DNA of 64,000 bases, taken from contig NC_082717.1 in the NCBI RefSeq assembly GCF_030144855.1, forward strand, positions 34,844,001 to 34,908,000, in the 5' to 3' direction. The notes under the pieces are model-generated. The model saw nothing but the letters and a program-made list of their open reading frames with translations, was not told the DNA's origin and did not search any database. Made by a program: the position numbers and the translations under genes. Source of the stretch: Hypanus sabinus. Taxonomy: Eukaryota. Position 1 is the first letter of the stretch. Each line of letters opens with the position of its first letter. Shown here piece by piece: positions 58,459 to 64,000 of this stretch.

Positions 58459-58496
58459 GTGAAAAAGCTGCATTATCAGGTGTTTCAATTGCTACA

Positions 58497-60896
58497 ATGA
58501 CATCTCGATCCAGCATCAAGTCGTTGTCACCCAGCGAGGGGGGCAGTAGGACATCATCAAGTAAGGCCTCCCAAGCAAGAGCTAAGGCAGAAGACGCCAG
58601 GGTGCGACTGCGCTACGCCAAACAAGAAGCAGAATTGAAAATGGAAGCGGCTGCCAGAGAAGCCGAAAACCAGAAGCAAAAGGCTGCCAGAGAAATGGAA
58701 AAGGCTGCCAGAGAAGCCGAAAACCAGTTGGAAAGGGCAAGGATAGCGTCAGAGTTAGAAGTGCTGACGCTGGAACGAGAAGCAGAAGCTGCCAGGGTGG
58801 AAGCAGAGTTCATAGAAGATGCTGAAGAAATGCAAGATCTGGTTGACGTAAAATCTACTTCAGAAAAGATCAGATTGGAACGCACAAGCGACCATGTCCA
58901 ATCTCAAACAGACAGGAAGATTCGTTCTTCCACTCCATACTTATTTGATAACACCCCACGTCATGAGGAGTCTCAGAGAGACCCAATTGTATCACATCCA
59001 TCCGAGGAAGACAATTTACCCTTGCAACTCCGCGATGAAGTCAAGAATGAAAGGGCTGATGACAAATACTTCTCGACACCAAACTTACAAGATTTAGCAA
59101 GAAGAGAGGCAAGGGCTGAATTCAGAACAGCAAATTCCATAACAGAGGTACGCCCTCGGTCATATACCTGCAGACATTTTTCCCCAGGCCGCATGCCACT
59201 TGCAATTGAACCCTTGGCACAGTATTTAGCACGACGAGATCTCGTCACTTCAGGACTGTACCAGTTTGACGATAAACCTGAAAATTACCGTGCATGGTAC
59301 TCCACATTCACCAATGCTATCGACGGAATCCAGCTCAGAGCAACCCAAGAGTTGGATCTTATGGCGAAATGGCTGGGAAAAGAATCATGCGAACAGGTGA
59401 GACGCATACGTTCAGTGTACATCAACAACCCCAAGCTAGCCTTAAGCAAAACATGGGAGAGACTTCGGGAGGGCTATGCGGCCCCCGAAATTATTGAAGC
59501 AGCACTATACCGATGTCTGGAAAATCTTCCTAAGGTGTCAGCCAAGGACCACATTAAGTTAAAGGAGCTCGGAGATTTACTCATGGAGATCCAAGGAGCC
59601 AAAGAAGATGGCTACTCAACTGGTCTAGTATACCTAGATACTCCATCCGGGATTAGACAAATCGTGGACAAACTTCCATTTGGGCTGCAGGACAGGTGGG
59701 TGTCTGTTGCCTCAGAGTACAAAGAAGACCACAATGGTCGATTTCCTCCCTTTGAGCATTTCACTAGGTTTGTGTGCAGGGAGGCGAAGAAGCGAAACGA
59801 CCCTAGCCTCATGGGTCAAGGAAGCAGTACAGTTTACACCAAGCCAGATAAATCCTCTTCGAATAATTTCAACATTGATAAACCCGTCTCAGTGCTTAAG
59901 ACTGAAGTCTTTACAAATAACCACGACCCTAGCAAGAATTGCCCATTGCATAACAAACCCCACCCCCTCAGAAAATGCAGAACGTTTAGGGAAAAACCCC
60001 TTGAAGAGAGGATGGCCCTTCTCAAGGAGAAAAGAATATGTTTTAAATGCTGTTCCTCTACCTCTCACCTTGCTAGAGAGTGTACGATTGCCGTGAAGTG
60101 TCCGCAATGTGATAGCACTAATCACGATGGGGCCATGCATCCCGGCCCGTTACCGCAAACTGACAACGCTCCTTCACCCCCACAACAGGACGGCGGGGAG
60201 GGAGAGGCTCACTCCAGGACAACTGTTGTCAGCTTCAGCTGCACAGAAGTTTGCGGTCAAGCTCAGTCAAGCCGTTCTTGTTCAAAGATCTGCCTCACTA
60301 AGGTGTACCCTAAAGGAGCCAAAGACAAGGCCATCAAAACCTATGTAATTCTGGACGATCAGAGCAATCGCTCACTAGTCAGTCCAGAGTTCTTTAAATT
60401 GTTCAACATTGAGAGTGAGCAGTTCCCATTCTACCTTAGAACTTGCTCAGGCAACGTGGAAACTCATGGAAGGAAGGCAGAAGGCTTCCAGCTCGAGTCC
60501 CTGGATGGTAAAGTCGCCATCTGTCTCCCTCCACTCTTAGAGTGCAATGAAATTTTGAATAACCGCACTGAGATCCTGACGCCAAGTGCGGTGCTACACC
60601 AGCCACATCTCCGCCACATTGCCAAGCACATCCCAGAACTGGATCCAAAAGCAGAAATACTCCTGCTATTAGGAAGAGACGTTCTCCAGGTGCACAAGTT
60701 TAGGCAGCAGGTCAATGGACCACACGACACCCCCTTTGCGCAACGCCTGGATCTGGGCTGGGTGGTGATAGGAGAGGTGTGCCTTGGCAATGTACACAAA
60801 CCGACGGTTAGCACACTCAAGACCAATGTGCTAGAGAGTGTCCGCCATTCAATTTTTCAACCCCGCACAAGTGTCACGTGTATTAAGGAAGCATAA
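58497..60896 (+). CDS. BEL/Pao Gag-protease, 799 aa
   Basis: Coiled-coil N-terminus, FDDKPENYRAW (DUF1759-like gag), CPLH..H..C / CFKC...HLAREC / CPQC...H knuckles, ILDDQSNRS aspartic protease motif, LLLGRD, LGWVV. Confidence 0.85.
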   Translation: MTSRSSIKSLSPSEGGSRTSSSKASQARAKAEDARVRLRYAKQEAELKMEAAAREAENQKQKAAREMEKAAREAENQLERARIASELEVLTLEREAEAARVEAEFIEDAEEMQDLVDVKSTSEKIRLERTSDHVQSQTDRKIRSSTPYLFDNTPRHEESQRDPIVSHPSEEDNLPLQLRDEVKNERADDKYFSTPNLQDLARREARAEFRTANSITEVRPRSYTCRHFSPGRMPLAIEPLAQYLARRDLVTSGLYQFDDKPENYRAWYSTFTNAIDGIQLRATQELDLMAKWLGKESCEQVRRIRSVYINNPKLALSKTWERLREGYAAPEIIEAALYRCLENLPKVSAKDHIKLKELGDLLMEIQGAKEDGYSTGLVYLDTPSGIRQIVDKLPFGLQDRWVSVASEYKEDHNGRFPPFEHFTRFVCREAKKRNDPSLMGQGSSTVYTKPDKSSSNNFNIDKPVSVLKTEVFTNNHDPSKNCPLHNKPHPLRKCRTFREKPLEERMALLKEKRICFKCCSSTSHLARECTIAVKCPQCDSTNHDGAMHPGPLPQTDNAPSPPQQDGGEGEAHSRTTVVSFSCTEVCGQAQSSRSCSKICLTKVYPKGAKDKAIKTYVILDDQSNRSLVSPEFFKLFNIESEQFPFYLRTCSGNVETHGRKAEGFQLESLDGKVAICLPPLLECNEILNNRTEILTPSAVLHQPHLRHIAKHIPELDPKAEILLLLGRDVLQVHKFRQQVNGPHDTPFAQRLDLGWVVIGEVCLGNVHKPTVSTLKTNVLESVRHSIFQPRTSVTCIKEA

Positions 60897-61527
60897 GGCT
60901 TTAACAAATGTAAAGTAACCGACAAGACGCTGGGTCAGTCAGTCTTCACTCAAACTGAGCATGATAATAAACTTGCTCCATCAGCTCAAGATGCCATTTT
61001 CTTAAAAACAAAGGACACCAAGGTCTTCCGAGATGAAGCAAATAATGGGGTCGCCCCACTGCCTTTCAGAGAACCACGCCAGTGCTTGCCAAACAACAAA
61101 GAGCAGGCAGTCAAGCTGTTCACGCCCTTGCAAAAAACCCTGAAAAGGAAACCTGAGATGCAGCAACGCACCCGATTGACCCACGAGGTACTGTGCACAC
61201 TAATGGCAGAGGTCACAGTCATTATAAATGCACGACCACTCCTACCTGTGTCTTCTGACCCGGAAAACCCCTTCATACTCTCGCCATCAATGCTCCTTAC
61301 ACAGAAGGCAGGAGCTCCCCCTCCACCAGGGGACTTCTCTGATAAGGGTTTGTACTTAAAGCAGTGGAGACAGGTCCAGGCTCTGGCAAATCGGTTCTGG
61401 TCTCGCTACATACCCTAGCAGGGACGGACATGTCAGGAAGGTTGAGTTGAAAACTACCGACCAAGGTGATGTGAAAATATACCAAAGGCCTGTTACAGAA
61501 GTCATTCTACTTCTACCTAAGGACTGA
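60897..61527 (+). pseudogene. Residual BEL pol: pre-RT linker fused to integrase C-part
   Basis: APLPFR..LPNNKEQA..LKRKPEM | LTHEVLCTLMAEV..IINARPL...WRQVQALANRFWS | DGHVRKVEL...RPVTEVILLL*. Confidence 0.85.
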
Positions 61528-61585
61528 TTAGAGACTAAGGTTTTGTATTATGTTCATTGTGACCTTGTGAAGGTCAAGCGGGGCT

Positions 61586-62270
61586 TGTGTTGCCTTTATG
61601 ACAGTTATTTAGTTTATAATATTTTCGCTTAGTAATTCGTTTGTTAGCATTCTAGTTAAAGTTAGGATTGTTTAACATAAATTCATTGTCTGTGAGATAT
61701 CGCGGCAGGCAATGACGTCACATCTGGTTTCGCCGCGTCCTGTGGGAAAATACCGGTTTGGAGAAACGGGAAGGTGGGGGTCGAGACATGTGCGAGCGCA
61801 AGCAGCAACAACGTTTTCTCTCTACACACTAAGAACATTGTGACGGCAACGCTGTAAGTTATGAGATAATCGATATGTTGATTTAAAATGTTAACACTGA
61901 TCCTGTTAAAAGTAACGACGGTCGATAATGTTTATGTTTTCGTTAGTTAAAGAGTTGCGGATAGTTTGCGTTGAAGTGTATGTAAAGCAGTCAATGGCGT
62001 AGGTAGATTCTGACTGTATGCTGCACTTAAATGTAATGTAGTTGTTGTAGTTTTACTTTTGCAAGTATTTACGATGTAATTGTAATATCAAGAAGGAAAC
62101 AAATGCTGTACAAATCTTGTATTGTTTTATAGTTTATAGTTTTCACCATACGTTAATGTGGAAGAGTGAACAGTAAACGGTTAATCTTACTGTGATCCTG
62201 TCGTCATTGACAAAGGTTTATCTAGATGTTTAGTTCAGCGTTATCTTACACGCCGAGTGAGAACACTACA
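61586..62270 (+). repeat. 3' LTR (685 bp)
   Basis: TGTGTTG...ACACTACA; preceded by PPT-like AAGCGGGGCT. Confidence 0.95.
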
Positions 62271-64000
62271 GGGCTATATTACAGACCACCCAACAGTCCT
62301 AGGGACGTAGAGGAAGAAATTTGTAAAGAGATCGCAGGCTATTGCAAGAAGCATAAGGTTGTTATAATAGGGGATTTTAACTTTCCATATATTGACCTGG
62401 AATCCCATATTGTAAAAGGACTAGATTTGATAGGGCTTGTCAAATATGTTCAGGAAAGTTTCCTTCATCAGTACGCAGAAGTCCTAACACGAGAGTGTGT
62501 AATACTAGATCTGCTATTAGGGAATGAGACAGGTCAGAAATATGGAAAAGGATCGTCTAGTCTGTGGATTAAGATTCTAAATTGGAGTAAGGCCAATTTT
62601 GATGGTAAACAAAACAAGTGAGGATTGGGGACAGGCTGTTTTCTGGCAAAGGTGTACTTGGTAAGTGGGAGGCATTGAAAGGTAAATTCTAAGAGTATGA
62701 AGCTCATATGTGCCTGTCAGAATTAAAGGTAAAGATAACAAGTGTAGGGAACCTTGGTCTTCAAGAGATATTGAGGCCCCAGTAAAGAGAAAAAAGGTGC
62801 AAAGCAGGTATTAGCAAGTAGGAACAAATGAGGTGCTTATGGAGTACAAGAAATGCAAGAGAACACTTAAATAAATCAGGAAGGCTAAAAGAAGGCATGA
62901 AGTTTCTCTAGCAGACAAGGTGAAGGAGAATCCCAGGGGTCTCTACAGATATGCTAAGAGCAAAAGGATTGCAAGGGACAAAATTGGTCCTCTGGAAGAC
63001 CAGAATGGTAAGCCATGTGTGGAGCCAAAACAGATGGTGCAGCTCTTAAATAAAGTACTTGCATCTGTATTTACTCGGGAGATGGACACAGACTCTACAG
63101 AAGTGAGGCAAAGCCACATCAACTTCGTGGTCTCTGTACAGATTATCCTGAGACAAGTTAGAGTTGATAAATCCCCAGGGCCTGAGAAGATGTCCCCTTG
63201 GATCATACAGAGGGCAAGTGCAGAAACCAAGCAGAGATATGTAAGCCATCCTTAGCATCAGGAGAGATACCAAAGGATTGGAAGATAGCCAATGTTGTTA
63301 CGCTGTTTAAAAAAGGCTGGTTTCCGGTCAAGATGGCGCCAGCGTACAACAGTCCTGCAGTCAACATCTTCCAGATAGCTCATAAAAATGTCTTTTTTAC
63401 TTCTTTTACCTTTGCTTTTCACCTCAGATATGTTTCTGGGACTGTTAGATCAACTGAGTAACTCAGTGCTTTGCTGTCTCCGAGAAGATTCTGGAAAGTG
63501 AGCGTGTCCTCGATGTGAAGAAACTTGCGACTCCATTTTGCTGATTAAAGTATGCATCACTGCCAATTAAAGCACTGAGGAAGACTGAGACATTGAGGTG
63601 AATGCAGAAGGTGAGTGAGAGTTCAGCACTATCTTCCTTTTGATCGTTGCCAAGAAGGGGTCTGTAAGCAGCCTATTGCTGTCTGGCTCACTGTGGCAGG
63701 CGGGTAGGCCTCTCTGCCTCGTGTGGTGTCTCTCTTTTGATGAATGCTAGGATGGTATCATAGTTCTGTGTTTATGGATTGGACTATTGTGCATATGGAC
63801 TGTGGACTTTTTCAGATTTATGGTTTTTATATTCTGTATTTTTTAATAGCATCTTTCTTTTCTGTTTTGTTGTGTGAGAGGAGGGGGCTAGGGCATTGAT
63901 GTTCTGTTAGTTCTTATGTGCAGGGGAGGGTTATTTTATGGAGGTCAATGTTCCTATTCTTTTTGTGTGTGTGTGTGTGGGGGGGGGGGGGGTTTGAAAT

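Larger units (their letters stand above)
57774..62270 (+). mobile_element. BEL/Pao LTR retrotransposon, internally deleted (no RT/RNaseH), 4,497 bp
   Basis: Two 685-bp TG...CA LTRs; 5-bp TSD GGGCT (57769-57773, 62271-62275); BEL-type gag with triple Cys/His knuckles, protease, integrase C-part. Confidence 0.95.
57200..63316 (+). mobile_element. CR1 LINE (ORF1 end, APE, RT start) split by the BEL LTR insertion
   Basis: CVYFNA..., VAIRETWL before the LTR. TTLMG|LYYRPPNS rejoins across the insertion. IGDFNFP, KENPRG.YRY, KSPGP, DWKIANV follow. Confidence 0.88.

Noticed and set aside
58497-60896. Domesticated host gene from gag
   Set aside because: Still flanked by 96%-identical LTRs and a TSD and nested in a CR1; looks like a recent TE copy, not an exapted gene.

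Overview
Vertebrate (very probably cartilaginous fish, batoid-like repeat content; inferred) intronic/exonic DNA. The whole window lies inside one minus-strand gene, PLEKHH2 (coiled coil - low-complexity linker - two PH - MyTH4 - FERM). I traced 24 coding exons (3,789 nt, 1,263 codons), all GT-AG and phase-consistent. The first exons lie beyond 64000 and the last ones before position 1. The introns are packed with retro- and DNA-transposon remains: CR1 LINEs (one with a 527-aa open RT/C-terminal frame), Rex1/Babar LINEs, Penelope-like elements (PLEs), Tc1/Tigger/hAT MITEs, a CORE-type SINE and a 34-bp minisatellite. A 4.5-kb BEL/Pao LTR element (685-bp LTRs, GGGCT TSD) keeps gag-protease but has lost RT/RNaseH. 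The most interesting hidden signals: (i) about 10 dispersed minimal type-I hammerhead-ribozyme motifs in PLE tails, repeatedly arranged as outward-facing inverted pairs, with ~100-200 bp ribozyme-tail-only insertions; (ii) the in-frame-deleted gag-PR BEL derivative with a non-canonical PBS; (iii) short templated copies of nearby sequence, including a piece of a PLEKHH2 exon, in introns.
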